64,000 bases of DNA from Macrostomum hystrix. Its lineage: Eukaryota; Animalia; Platyhelminthes. Location: positions 24,552,001-24,616,000 of the forward strand of contig CATNEN010000038.1 in assembly GCA_950097015.1 (NCBI GenBank), given 5' to 3'. The notes under the pieces are model-generated. The model was not told the DNA's origin, made no database searches, and worked only from the letters and a program-made list of their open reading frames with translations. Positions 12,201 to 23,900 of the stretch are shown here, piece after piece. Numbering within the stretch: position 1 is the stretch's first letter; every line of letters begins with the position of its first letter. The translations under genes and the position numbers were made by a program.

Positions 12201-15200
12201 GACTTACCATAATACCTAGTCTACTCACCATAATACCTAATCTACTTACCATAATCCCTAGTCCACTCACCATAATTCCAAATATATTTCCCCATAACAC
12301 CTAGTCTACTCACCACAATACCTAGTCTACTCACCATAATCCCTTATCGATTTCGCGATAATCACTAATCTACTCACCATGATCCATAAATTCCCTATAA
12401 TCACTAATCTACTCTCCATAATCCACTCACTATTATCAGGCGAGTCCCAACCAACAATGCGCCTCATATTGGCCTCGGTGGGGCCGCCGGCGACAAACTG
12501 AAACATGACCCGCAGGTGCGGATAATCCTCCAGCTGATCGCTCAGATCCGGCACAATCGACGTGGGCAGTTTTGAATCTTGTCCCACGGCGCCAACGTCA
12601 GCGAAATCGCCGGACGCGTCGCTTAAAGCGCCGAGAAGAGCTGCGGAAACCAGTTTGAGACCGATCAACTGCTGCTGCTGCTGCTGCTGAGTTGAACAGC
12701 GCTCGCCAGCCTGGAGTAGAGCTAGGACTTCCGACACAGACTTCACAGTGAAAAGACGCAAGCAGGCCGCCCGTTCAAAGTGTCGACGATTTGTCGATGG
12801 CAGCTGCGCCGGCGAAGCATCGACCGACGGCAGCATCGACCAGCGGCAGAGCTCCAGGAGGCGATGCCGACCCGGCCGACGACGCCAGACGGCTAGAGGT
12901 CGCGGCAGGCCTGATGGCTCGGAGACCACAGTTGAAGCTTCGGGCAGGCGGCTGCGAGCGATGGCCAGGGCGCCGGCCGAGCGAAGCAGTTCAACGCTGT
13001 TTCCGACGACGCCGCTGGCCGATGGCATGGCGAGTTCGTTGATAAAAGCGAATGCCCGATTCAATTCAACATTCTCAACATTTTCATCTTCCAAGCATCC
13101 CGATGTCGACGATGACGAAGTTGTCGTCGTTGGTTTGAACGTCGGCGGTCCGTGAATGTCGTAGCCAGCCACTGCTCTGCGCCACATGCGCTCGCTGATT
13201 CGATCAATGCACGTCGACATCGTCGGATTCAACGCCGACGCTGCTGTTGTCGGCGCAGATAAAGCGGTCGTCGTATTCAACAGCCGAACGGCCGACTCGC
13301 CGTCCCAGTAGGCCAAGCCGGAGAGCCCAGCCTGGCAGGCCGACACTCGCTCGTGCACCGACGCCACTTCTAAGCGGCCGTCCGACGTTGCCATGACAGC
13401 CAACTGACGCTTGGGATGCCAGGCGAATCCTGACAGCGAAGCAAAACTGGCGGCGCCGCCGCCTGATAGGCCGTGCCGGATCTGCCGATCTGTGGCTGAT
13501 GCCAGATCGTCGGCATAGTCAACGCCGCGCTGACCCAGGCTATCTTGGTGCGTGACGTCGTGCAATGTCAGGTAGGCGCTGTCGGCTAGACTTACAGCCA
13601 GCCAGCCGTTTCTGAGTGAGGGAAAGTCAGGCGAGAGTGAGAGCGATTTGAGGGTGAAAATTATTTAAAGAACAAAATGCTTGAGAGTGACAACTGGGAA
13701 AAGTGACAGAAGTGGGAGTGACAGAAGTGAGAGTGACTATGGGGAAGAGTGACAACAGGGAAGAGTGAGAATGGGGACGAGTGACAATCAGGAAGAGTGA
13801 CAATGGGGATGAGTGACAATGGAAATGAGTGACGATGAGAAAGAGTCACAATCGGGATTAGTGACGATGGGAACGAGTGATGTTGGGGAAGAGTGACAAT
13901 GGGGACGAGTGACAATGGGGATGAGTGACAATGGGGAAGAGTGACAGAATTGAGAGTGACAAGCGGATCCGTCATGTACAATAATGACACAATAGAGCAG
14001 GTGTATAATCGTATGTCTCACCTAGTACAACACCAGTGAACGCCTCTAACAGAGCGGGCCTCCTCGTAGCGATAAGTTGGCTTGTCGAATCGACGCAAGT
14101 CCCACAGGGCCACGTGTTTCTGCAAATAATCAACTAAAAAAATCAGGCCCCATAAGCAAACAAATGGATCAATCGTTTGAAATCAAGTCAAAATAAATCT
14201 AACGTCAGCGTAGGTAGCCAAACGGTTCGACTGAAATGGATCCTGGCAGACGCCGTAGATTTCCGATACACGACTGGACTCCTGCTCGAAAGCGCTGATT
14301 GGTTGATTGGCTGAAATAAGAGACGGCGTTGGTAAAGATAATGTGACCAGATATTATAATCAATGACTAGACACTATATATATGACACCAGACACAATAT
14401 ATATGACAAGACACAATATATATGACACCAGACACAATATCGATGACAAGACACTATATATATGACCAGACTCAATATCTATGACCAGACACAATCATCA
14501 ATGACAAGACACAATATCTATGACCAGACATTATCATCAATGACTAGACACAATATCTATGACCAGACATTATCATCAATGACTAGACACAATATCTATA
14601 ACCAGACACATTATCTATGACCAGACACAATATCTATGACCAGACACATTATCTATGACCAGACACAATATCTATAACCAGACACATTATCTATGACCAG
14701 ACACAATATCTATGACCAGACACATTATCTATGACCAGACACAATATCTATAACCAGACATTATCATCAATGACTAGACACAATATCTATAATCAGACAC
14801 ATTATCTATGACCAGACACAATATCTATAACCAGACATTATCATCAATGACTAGACACGATATCTATAACCAGACACATTATCTATGACCAGAAACAATA
14901 TATATGACCAGACATTATCATCAATGACTAGACACAATATCTATAACCAGACACATTATCTATGACCAGACACAATATCTATGACCAGACACAATATCTA
15001 TGACCAGACACAATATCTATAACACCAGACACAAAATCTATGACCAGACACAATATCTATGACCAGACACAATATCTATAACACCAGACACAATATCTAT
15101 GACCAGACACAATATCTATGACCAGACACAATATCTATAACACCAGACACAAAATCTATGACCAGACACAATATCTATGACCAGACACATTATCTATGAC

Positions 15201-18200
15201 CAGACACATTATCTATGACCAGACACATTGTGATGTTATTCAATGGACTCTTGAATGTTATTCAATGCGTTCACTCTGCACCACTTTGTATTATGGCTTT
15301 GCTACCATCGATTGTTTATGTCTGTCGGTTCTTAGTGCAAGCTGAGTTGTTTACCAGTGTCAGGCGTGGCTTGCGTGCTGGTTGAGGTGGCTGGCCCGCG
15401 GGGCCCAGCCGTGCCCTAAGCCCTAGGGTCAAATAGAACAGAGCGATAATATAAGGAGCCGCAACCTCCAACTGGCTCGCTACGATCTTGTGAATCAATT
15501 CTCGGCCAGCCTTCAGTCTTAAGTTATCACAAATGGCGACGAGTTCCACGCTAGGTGGAATCCCCGTGCTCTCCGCTAACACAGATATCGATGTATATCT
15601 GGAGAGACTAGATCACTACTTCACATGCAAAGATGTGAAAGAGGAGGCGAAGGTGGTCACACTTGTTACGGCAATCGGCGCGGAGGCCTACACGGTGCTA
15701 CGCAATCTGTGCCAGCCTGACAAGGTAGCGGACAAGACGCTGGACCAGCTGTCTGAGATTCTGCGCGACCACTATGCACCAAAGCCTTCAGTGCTGGCAG
15801 CTCGATTTCGTTTCCAGCGGCGCGTGCAGCAACCCGGCGAGAGTTTCACGGACTTTGTCGCTGGCTTGAAGGCCTTGTCCGCTCATTGCGCCTTCCAGAA
15901 CTCATTGGAGGAGCGGCTGCGCGACCAGCTTGTCTTCGGACTGTACAGCGACGCCTTCCGTGCGAAGCTCCTGGAGGAGGTGAATCCCACATTCAAATCG
16001 CTGCAGGAGAAAATGCTCCTCCTTGAGTCAACCGAGCGATCCTCGCAGGAGATGGCAAGTAAGCCGACTGCGGCCGTCGCCCAGTTGCGCACGCATGGAG
16101 GCAAGCGGAGCCAGCGCCGAGGTGCCACTCCAGCTGCACTCGGCGGCGACTCTCCACATCAACGAAGCGTCAAGGGCGGAAATAGCGGCAACTTCGGCAA
16201 AGGTGGAGACAACGGCCGAAAGGGTGGAACCTGCGCAAGCTGTGGTGGCGCCCACAGCCGTCAACTCTGCAAGCTGCGAGACGCAAAATGCCATTCATGC
16301 GGCAAGACGGGCCACATCCGCAAGGTCTGCCGCTCGCCCAAGCTGCAGCTTCTGCAGGAAACCTCGCCTTCGTCACCGGATGCCTCGTCGCAGATGCCGA
16401 TTTTCACCGTCCAGCCGCCCTGTGGCAGCTTAGGACCGACGGTGCAGCTACAAGTGAACGGGCGCCAGTGCCAGTTCATCATCGACACCGGCTCCGCTGT
16501 CACTCTATTGCCGCAGAATTTGCAGCGGAGGCTTCTGCCGCAGCTCCCACTGAAGCCATCAACCGCCGTCCTGCGCACCTTCACCGACGAACGATTTCGC
16601 CCCATCGGCCAGGCGGTGGTCACCGTCAACCACAATAGCCAGCAGCTGCAGCTCCCGCTGCTTGTCGTCACGCAGGGCGAATCGGCGCTGCTCGGACGGG
16701 ACTGGCTGGCTAAGCTGCGGCTGGACTGGCCGAGCATCATGGCGCAGGTCCACGCCGTGTCCGCGGACGAGAGCATCGGTGACCTCATCAAGGAGTTCGC
16801 GCCAGTCTTCGAAGACGGCCTCGGTGAGTTTCGGCACGGTCAGGTGCGGTTGCAAGTCTCCGATGACGCGCAGCCGAAGTTCTTCAAGGCCCGCCCGGTC
16901 CCCTACGCTCTTCGGGAGCGTGTTGACGCCGAGCTTCAGCGCATGGAGGCCAGCGGGATCATCACGGCCGTCAAGAACAGCTACTGGGCAGCGCCGATCG
17001 TACCGGTTGTTAAGAAGGATGGCAGCGTCCGGATCTGCGGCGACTACAAGCTGACCTACAACCAGGCGAGCCGGCCGGAGCACTATCCACTGCCGCGGAT
17101 AGAGGATCTCTTTGCGAAGCTCGGCGGCGGCTGCAAATGGTCCAAGCTGGACCTGTCCAACGCCTTCTTGCAGCTTCCGCTGGCCGAAGACAGCAAGGCG
17201 TTCCTCACCATCAATACGCCGCGAGGTCTTTTCCAAGTCAACCGCCTGCCTTTCGGTATCTCGAGCGCCAGCGCAATCTTCCAGCGGACGCTGGACACCC
17301 TGCTGGGAGACCTGGACGCCGTCCAAGTGTTCGTCGACGACATACTGGTCACCGGCCGCACTCTGCAGCAGCACAAGAAGAATCTCGCGCTGGCTCTGCA
17401 ACGCCTGCAGGGCGCCGGCCTTCGCCTGAACAAGAGCAAGTGCCAGTTCTTCAAGGACTCGGTCGAGTATCTTGGGCATCGCATCGACGCAAACGGCCTC
17501 AGCCCGCTGCCTGACCGAGTCGCCGCAGTCCAGGACGCACCTGCCCCGACGGACGTCAGCCAGCTGCGCTCGTTTCTTGGAATGCTGGCGCAGTACGGCA
17601 AATTCCTGCCGAATCTATCCACCGTGCTGGCGCCGCTGCATCAGCTCCTGGTCAAGAACACGCGCTGGTCCTGGGAACGGCCGCAGCAGCAAGCGTTCGC
17701 CGAGGCAAAGCGGCTGCTGCTTCGGTCCCCGGTGCTCGTGCACTACAGCCCGGACCTGCCGCTGCGATTGGAGTGCGACGCCTCTCCCTACGGCCTTGGC
17801 GTAGTGCTGACGCACCGCATCGGCGACAAGGACTGCGCGGTCGCCTTCGCTAGCCGGAGCCTGACCACGGCACAGCGCGGCTACTCGCAACTGGACAAGG
17901 AGGCGCTGGCCATCATGTTCGGCCTGGACCGCTTCCACCAGTTCCTCTATGGCCGCCGCTTCACCATCGTCACTGACCATCTGCCGCTGCTGGGGCTGCT
18001 AGGCGAGCGCAAGGGCATCCCGGCGCATGCGGCCGCCCGCATGCAGCGCTGGGCCATCCGCCTGGCGAGCTACGACTATGCGCTCGAGTTCCGGCCGACG
18101 GAGAAGCACGCTAACTGCGACTCGCTCTCGCGACTGCCGCTGCCGCAGCTGTTCGAGGAGGAGGCGGCCGTCAACTCGCTGCTACTCGACGAGGGGGCCG

Positions 18201-21200
18201 GATCGGCCGTCACGGCGCAGACGGTGGCGCGACACACGCGGACAGACGCATCGCTGGGCCGCGTGCTACGCTGCCTGCAGACTGGGGCGCCCATCGGCGC
18301 CGAGCTGAGCGACTACGCCCGGCGGCAGACGGAGCTGTCGGTTGACCAAGGCTGCGTGTTGTGGGGCGCCAGAGTCGTAGTACCAGCGGCGCTGCGCGAT
18401 CACGTGATCCAAGAGCTCCACCAGGCGCATCCAGGCACCAGCAGAATGCGCGCCCTAGCTCGCAGCTACGTCTGGTGGCCAGGAATCGACGGCGATTTGG
18501 AGGCTGCTACTAAGACCTGCAGGACCTGTCAGCTCAACCAGCCCGACCCGCCAAAGGCGCCCGTGCAGCCGTGGCCGTTCCCGTCGGAGCCGTGGGAGCG
18601 CCTGCATGTCGACTTCGCCGGGCCTGTCGACGGTCATGTGTACCTGGTGGTGGTGGACGCCCACAGCAAGTGGCCGGAGGTCGTGCGGATGCGCTGCACC
18701 ACAGCGGCAGCCACAATCGTGAGTCTGCGGGAGATCTTCGCCCGCCAAGGCATCCCGCGCACTCTGGTGTCCGACAACGGGCCGCAGTTCGCCTCCGCCG
18801 AGTTCGCCGAATTCACCCGAGCCAATGGCATTCGTCATGTGTTCTCGGCACCTTTCCATCCTGCCACGAATGGCCAAGCCGAGCGCTTCGTCCAAGTTCT
18901 AAAGCGGCATCTGCTCAAGAGCGGTCATTCTGATGCTGAGCTCCAGCGACTGCTGCTCGGCTACCGCAACACGCCGCACAGCGTCAGTGGCGTCGCTCCC
19001 AGCCAACTACTCATCGGCCGGCGGCTCCGATGCCGCCTGGATCTACTGGCACCGTCACTGGCCGACGACGTGCGACAGCGACAGGAGCAGCTGCTACCGA
19101 GCAGGAAGGCGGCGCGTGAGTTCCAAACCGGTGATCGTGTGCTCTTCCGCGACTTCAGCGCCGGTGCGAGAGCCGGCGACACGCCGCGCTGGGCGGAGGG
19201 CGTCATCAAGGGCGCTGGCAGCCGCAACTGCATCGTCGACTCACAGCGAGGTCAGCACATGCGGCATGCGGATCAGCTGGTTGCGGCCCGCGCTGACGGC
19301 TTCGACCTCGACATCGCTGATGCCGGCCAGCCGCTGACTGATGGCGGCGGTGACGCGACCCTGGGAACTGGCGGTGCGCGCGCCACTCCTGATACTGTCG
19401 CCAGCGGCGCCACCAGCGGTGAGGCGGCACCTGAACCCGCCGACGGACCGGAGAGCAACGCGCGTCGGGATGCCACGAATCCCCGGCGGTACCCTCTGAG
19501 AGCTCGTGGCCCACCTGAGAGACTGCAGCTGTGATGGGAGAAAACTGACTCAGAGGGGAGATGTGATGTTATTCAATAGACTCTTGAATGTTATTCAATG
19601 CATTCACTCTGCACCACTTTGTATTATGGCTTTGCTACCATCGATTGTTTATGTCTGTCGGTTCTTAGTGCAAGCTGAGTTGTTTACCAGTGTCAGGCGT
19701 GGCTTGCGTGCTGGTTGAGGTGGCTGGCCCGCGGGGCCCAGCCGTGCCCTAAGCCATAGGGTCAAATAGAACAGAGCGATAATATAAGGAGCCGCAACTT
19801 CCAACTGGCTCGCTACGATCTTGTGAATCAATTCTCGGCCAGCCTTCAGTCTTAAGTTATCACACACATTATCTATGACCAGACACAATATCTATGACCA
19901 GACACAATATCTATGACCAGAAACAATATATATGACCTGACACATTATCTATGACCAGAAACAATATATATGACCAGACATTATTATCAATGACTAGACA
20001 CAATATCTATAACCAGACACATTATCTATGACCAGACACATTATCTATGACCAGACACATTATCTATAACCAGACATTATCATCAATGACTAGACACAAT
20101 ATCTATAATCAGACACATTATCTATGACCAGACACAATATCTATAACCAGACATTATCATCAATGACTAGACACGATATCTATAACCAGACACATTATCT
20201 ATGACCAGAAACAATATATATGACCAGACATTATCATCAATGACTAGACACAATATCTATAACCAGACATTATCATCAATGACTAGACACAATATCTATA
20301 ACCAGACACATTATCTATGACCAGACACAATATCTATGACCAGACACATTATCTATGACCAGACACAATATCTATAACCAGACATTATCATCAATGACTA
20401 GACACAATATCTATAATCAGACACATTATCTATGACCAGACACAATATCTATAACCAGACATTATCATCAATGACTAGACACAATATCTATAACCAGACA
20501 CATTATCTATGACCAGACACAATATCTATGACCAGACACAATATCTATGACCAGACACAATATCTATGACCAGACACAATATATATAACACCAGACACAA
20601 AATCTATGACCAGACACAATATCTATGACCAGACACAATATCTATAACACCAGACACAAAATCTATGACCAGACACAATATCTATGACCAGACACAATAT
20701 CTATAACACCAGACACAATATCTATGACCAGACACAATATCTATGACCAGACACAATATCTATAACACCAGACACAAAATCTATGACCAGACACAATATC
20801 TATGACCAGACACAATATCTATGACCAGACACATTATCTATGACCAGACACATTATCTATGACCAGACACATTATCTATGACCAGACACATTATCGATGA
20901 CCAGACACATTATCTATGACCAGACACAATATCTATGACCAGACACAATATCTATGACCAGAAACAATATATATGACCAGACACATTATCTATGACCAGA
21001 AACAATATATATGACCAGAAATTATCATCAATGACTAGACACAATATCTATGACCAGACACAATATCTATAACCAGACACATTATCTATGACCAGACACA
21101 TTATCTATGACCAGACACATTATCTATGACCAGACACAATATCTATGACCAGACACAATATATATAACACCAGACACAAAATCTATGACCAGACACAATA

Positions 21201-23454
21201 TCTATGACCAGACACAATATCTATAACACCAGACACAAAATCTATGACCAGACACAATATCTATGACCAGACACAATATCTATAACACCAGACACAATAT
21301 CTATGACCAGACACAATATCTATGACCAGACACAATATCTATAACACCAGACACAAAATCTATGACCAGACACAATATCTATGACCAGACACAATATCTA
21401 TGACCAGACACATTATCTATGACCAGACACATTATCTATGACCAGACACATTATCTATGACCAGACACATTATCTATGACCAGACACATTATCTATGACC
21501 AGACACAATATCTATGACCAGACACAATATCTATGACCAGACACATTATCTATGACCAGACACATTATCTATGACCAGACACATTATCTATGACCAGACA
21601 CAATATCTATGACCAGACACAATATCTATGACCAGAAACAATATATATGACCAGACACATTATCTATGACCAGAAACAATATATATGACCAGAAATTATC
21701 ATCAATGACTAGACACAATATCTATGACCAGACACAATATCTATAACCAGACACATTATCTATGACCAGACACATTATCTATGACCAGACACATTATCTA
21801 TGACCAGACACATTATCTATGACCAGACACAATATCTATGACCAGACACATTATCTATGACCAGACACATTATCTATGACCAGACACAATATCTATGACC
21901 AGACACATTATCTATGACCAGACACAATATCTATGACCAGACACAATATCTATAACACCAGACACAATATCTATGACCAGACACATTATCTATGACCAGA
22001 CACAATATCTATGACCAGACACAATCAGTAAATTGGGAATGATCAGTTTTACATGCTCACATGAGCACTGCTCCAGATCGTACACCCTCAAATGCTTAGT
22101 GGCGGTTCCGCAGACGAAATTCTTTTCGCTAATCCAAGCAAAGGACGCCACAGACTCGTTGCCGGATGCTTCCAGCACAGTTTTAGGCGATCCCAATTGT
22201 GCGCTATGAATATCCCACAATAGCAGTACAGGCTCTGTCCTGCTCAATTTGCTATCTCTGAATCCGCCGCCGTATGCCAACATATTGCGGCGGCGCTGAT
22301 TCCAACGCAGAAAAGGCGGAGATCGACCGGTGTGCTGCTGCTGCTGCTGTTGCTGTTGTTGCGGCAGCAACTGCTGCTGTTGTTGCTGCTGTTGTAGGAG
22401 AAGATTCTGCTGTTGCTGCTGCTGTTGCAGCTGAGCTGATATTGACAAACTGCCGCCAGAAATGGCACCATAGTTAATCAGCTTGCCAGAATTTGCTGAA
22501 TTGGCAAAAGCAACAGACGATTGCTGCCGGCTAGTTAACAGGTAGCGATTGTGCAAGCCCTGAGGATCGTCTCCCATTGTGCAGCGAAGTTGAATCTGAT
22601 TAAATTAGACAGGAGATAAATCTCACGAATTATCTCACCCATGAGACTGATATCTCACCCATGAGACTCCAGGACCGAAATCTCACCCATGAGACTCCTG
22701 GATGGAAATCTCACCCAGATAATACTCCTGGACCGAAATCTCACTTATTAGACTCCTGGAACGAAATCTCACCCATGAGACTGCTGGGCCGAAATCTCAC
22801 AAAAAGACGCCTGGACCGAACTCTCACCCATGAGACTCCAGGAGCGAAATCTCACCCATGAGACTCCAGGAGCAAAATCTCTCCCATGAGACTCCTGGAC
22901 CGAAGTCTGCCCTATTAGACTCCAGGACAGAAATCTCACCCATAAGAATTCAAGGACCGAAATCTCACCAATGAGACTCATGGACCGAAATCTCACCCAT
23001 GAGACTAAAGGACCGAAATCTCACCCAGAGACTCCAGGACCGAAATCTCACCCATGAGACTCCTGGACCAAAATCTCACCCATGAGAATAAAGGACCGAA
23101 ATCTCACCCAGAGACTCCAGGAATGAAATCTCACACATGAGACTAAAGGACCGAAATCTCACCCATGAGAAGCCCAGGTAAAAGTTGCGAGCTCAAATTG
23201 CGCACCTTTCCAGTCGACAGGCTTACAGCCAGCAGTTCCGAGGCAGTCGATTCGCCGCTATTGGCCAATGGTTGCCAAGCAACCGTTTTCACCTTCTCGT
23301 CGCCAAACGGTACAACCAGCAATTCAGGCGGTTTCGGCTTCTCGCCGAATGGAGTTTGCAACGCCGCATCGGCGCTGTACAAACGCAGCTCGTTGCCTAG
23401 CAACAGGAGGAATCGATCATCCCGACAGGGAGACCAGTGCAGTTCGCAGTTCAT
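9291..23454 (-). CDS. MIOS: GATOR2 complex subunit MIOS (WD40, alpha-solenoid, C-terminal zinc-binding domain), 7 exons, ~993 aa
   Basis: Exons 23454-23206, 22595-22061, 14310-14204, 14119-14022, 13611-12431, 11374-10977, 9704-9291; phases consistent, 2982 nt. Motifs LHWSPCRDDRF, YGVCQDPF, VALWDLRRFDKP..WCCTRNG, DLEDRITFA, LPRCEICLMHLG..WFVWCQSCRHGGHAQHL..CPVTGCKCNC match the Mio/Sea4 family. Confidence 0.92.
9749..10975. repeat. Two abutting 20-bp minisatellites filling MIOS intron 6 (TCAATCACTTGCCTGCCTAC; CCAATCCCCAGCATACACAC)
   Basis: Arrays at ~9749-10372 and ~10400-10975; the second runs up to the splice donor. Confidence 0.95.
11470..12430. repeat. 21-bp minisatellite CTACTCACCATAATCCCTATT filling MIOS intron 5
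   Basis: Tandem units; the sense strand reads ATTATGGTGAGTAG in most units. Confidence 0.95.
13683..13961. repeat. Degenerate ~16-bp minisatellite GAGTGACAATGGGGAA in MIOS intron 4
   Basis: Repeated GAGTGAC core. Confidence 0.8.
15229..19864 (+). mobile_element. Full-length Ty3/gypsy (Mag-like) LTR retrotransposon, 4636 bp
   Basis: LTRs 15229-15531 and 19562-19864 (303 bp each, TGTGAT...ATCACA, 4 substitutions seen). 5-bp TSD CACAT (15224-15228, 19865-19869). PBS TGGCGACGAG at 15534. PPT AGAGGGGAGA at 19552-19561. Confidence 0.97.
15533..19534 (+). CDS. Single-ORF Gag-Pol polyprotein, 1333 aa
   Basis: Two CCHC knuckles (CASCGGAHSRQLC, CHSCGKTGHIRKVC), protease IDTGS, RT RICGDYK/RLPFGI/FVDD, RNase H CDASPYG/TDH, integrase HHCC and LHVDFAGP/SDNG/NGQAER in gypsy order. 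Confidence 0.96.
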   Translation: MATSSTLGGIPVLSANTDIDVYLERLDHYFTCKDVKEEAKVVTLVTAIGAEAYTVLRNLCQPDKVADKTLDQLSEILRDHYAPKPSVLAARFRFQRRVQQPGESFTDFVAGLKALSAHCAFQNSLEERLRDQLVFGLYSDAFRAKLLEEVNPTFKSLQEKMLLLESTERSSQEMASKPTAAVAQLRTHGGKRSQRRGATPAALGGDSPHQRSVKGGNSGNFGKGGDNGRKGGTCASCGGAHSRQLCKLRDAKCHSCGKTGHIRKVCRSPKLQLLQETSPSSPDASSQMPIFTVQPPCGSLGPTVQLQVNGRQCQFIIDTGSAVTLLPQNLQRRLLPQLPLKPSTAVLRTFTDERFRPIGQAVVTVNHNSQQLQLPLLVVTQGESALLGRDWLAKLRLDWPSIMAQVHAVSADESIGDLIKEFAPVFEDGLGEFRHGQVRLQVSDDAQPKFFKARPVPYALRERVDAELQRMEASGIITAVKNSYWAAPIVPVVKKDGSVRICGDYKLTYNQASRPEHYPLPRIEDLFAKLGGGCKWSKLDLSNAFLQLPLAEDSKAFLTINTPRGLFQVNRLPFGISSASAIFQRTLDTLLGDLDAVQVFVDDILVTGRTLQQHKKNLALALQRLQGAGLRLNKSKCQFFKDSVEYLGHRIDANGLSPLPDRVAAVQDAPAPTDVSQLRSFLGMLAQYGKFLPNLSTVLAPLHQLLVKNTRWSWERPQQQAFAEAKRLLLRSPVLVHYSPDLPLRLECDASPYGLGVVLTHRIGDKDCAVAFASRSLTTAQRGYSQLDKEALAIMFGLDRFHQFLYGRRFTIVTDHLPLLGLLGERKGIPAHAAARMQRWAIRLASYDYALEFRPTEKHANCDSLSRLPLPQLFEEEAAVNSLLLDEGAGSAVTAQTVARHTRTDASLGRVLRCLQTGAPIGAELSDYARRQTELSVDQGCVLWGARVVVPAALRDHVIQELHQAHPGTSRMRALARSYVWWPGIDGDLEAATKTCRTCQLNQPDPPKAPVQPWPFPSEPWERLHVDFAGPVDGHVYLVVVDAHSKWPEVVRMRCTTAAATIVSLREIFARQGIPRTLVSDNGPQFASAEFAEFTRANGIRHVFSAPFHPATNGQAERFVQVLKRHLLKSGHSDAELQRLLLGYRNTPHSVSGVAPSQLLIGRRLRCRLDLLAPSLADDVRQRQEQLLPSRKAAREFQTGDRVLFRDFSAGARAGDTPRWAEGVIKGAGSRNCIVDSQRGQHMRHADQLVAARADGFDLDIADAGQPLTDGGGDATLGTGGARATPDTVASGATSGEAAPEPADGPESNARRDATNPRRYPLRARGPPERLQL
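22618..23170. repeat. 28-bp minisatellite GAAATCTCACCCATGAGACTCCAGGACC in MIOS intron 1
   Basis: Degenerate tandem units. Confidence 0.9.
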
Positions 23455-23595
23455 TTATAGACGTCAACTGGCCTTCTAAATAGCGTTTCAAACAATGCTG
23501 CAAAGACAATGCATTTCGGCCCATTTTTTAAGATAAATCAGAGATTTATAAAGTGAATAACATGGAGATATAGGGACTTAGCAGCCTTAACTGGA

Positions 23596-23900
23596 GATCT
23601 GATGAGGTGAATGACTCAACCTGAGAATCTGATGAGGTGGATGACTCGACCTGAGGATCTGATGAGGTGGATGACTCGACCTGAGGGTCTGATGAGGTGG
23701 ATGACTCGACCTGAGGATCTGATGAGGTGGATGACTCGACCTGAGGATCTAATGAGGTGGATGACTCAACCTGAAGATCTGATGTGGTGGATGACTCAAC
23801 CTGAAGATCTGATGTGGTGGATGACTCAACCTGAAGATCTGATGAGGTGGATGACCCAACCTGAGAATCTAATGAGGTGGATGACTCGACCTGAGGATCT
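23596..23900. repeat. 30-bp minisatellite GATCTGATGAGGTGGATGACTCGACCTGAG upstream of the MIOS ATG
   Basis: About 10 tandem units. Confidence 0.92.

Larger units (their letters stand above)
14345..22024. repeat. 19-bp minisatellite TATGACCAGACACAATATC in MIOS intron 2, split by the gypsy insertion
   Basis: Arrays at ~14345-15228 and 19865-22024, in register across the CACAT duplication. Confidence 0.95.

Noticed and set aside
15883-19718. Many alternative-frame and antisense ORFs
   Set aside because: GC-rich shadows of the Gag-Pol ORF; no env-like gene seen.
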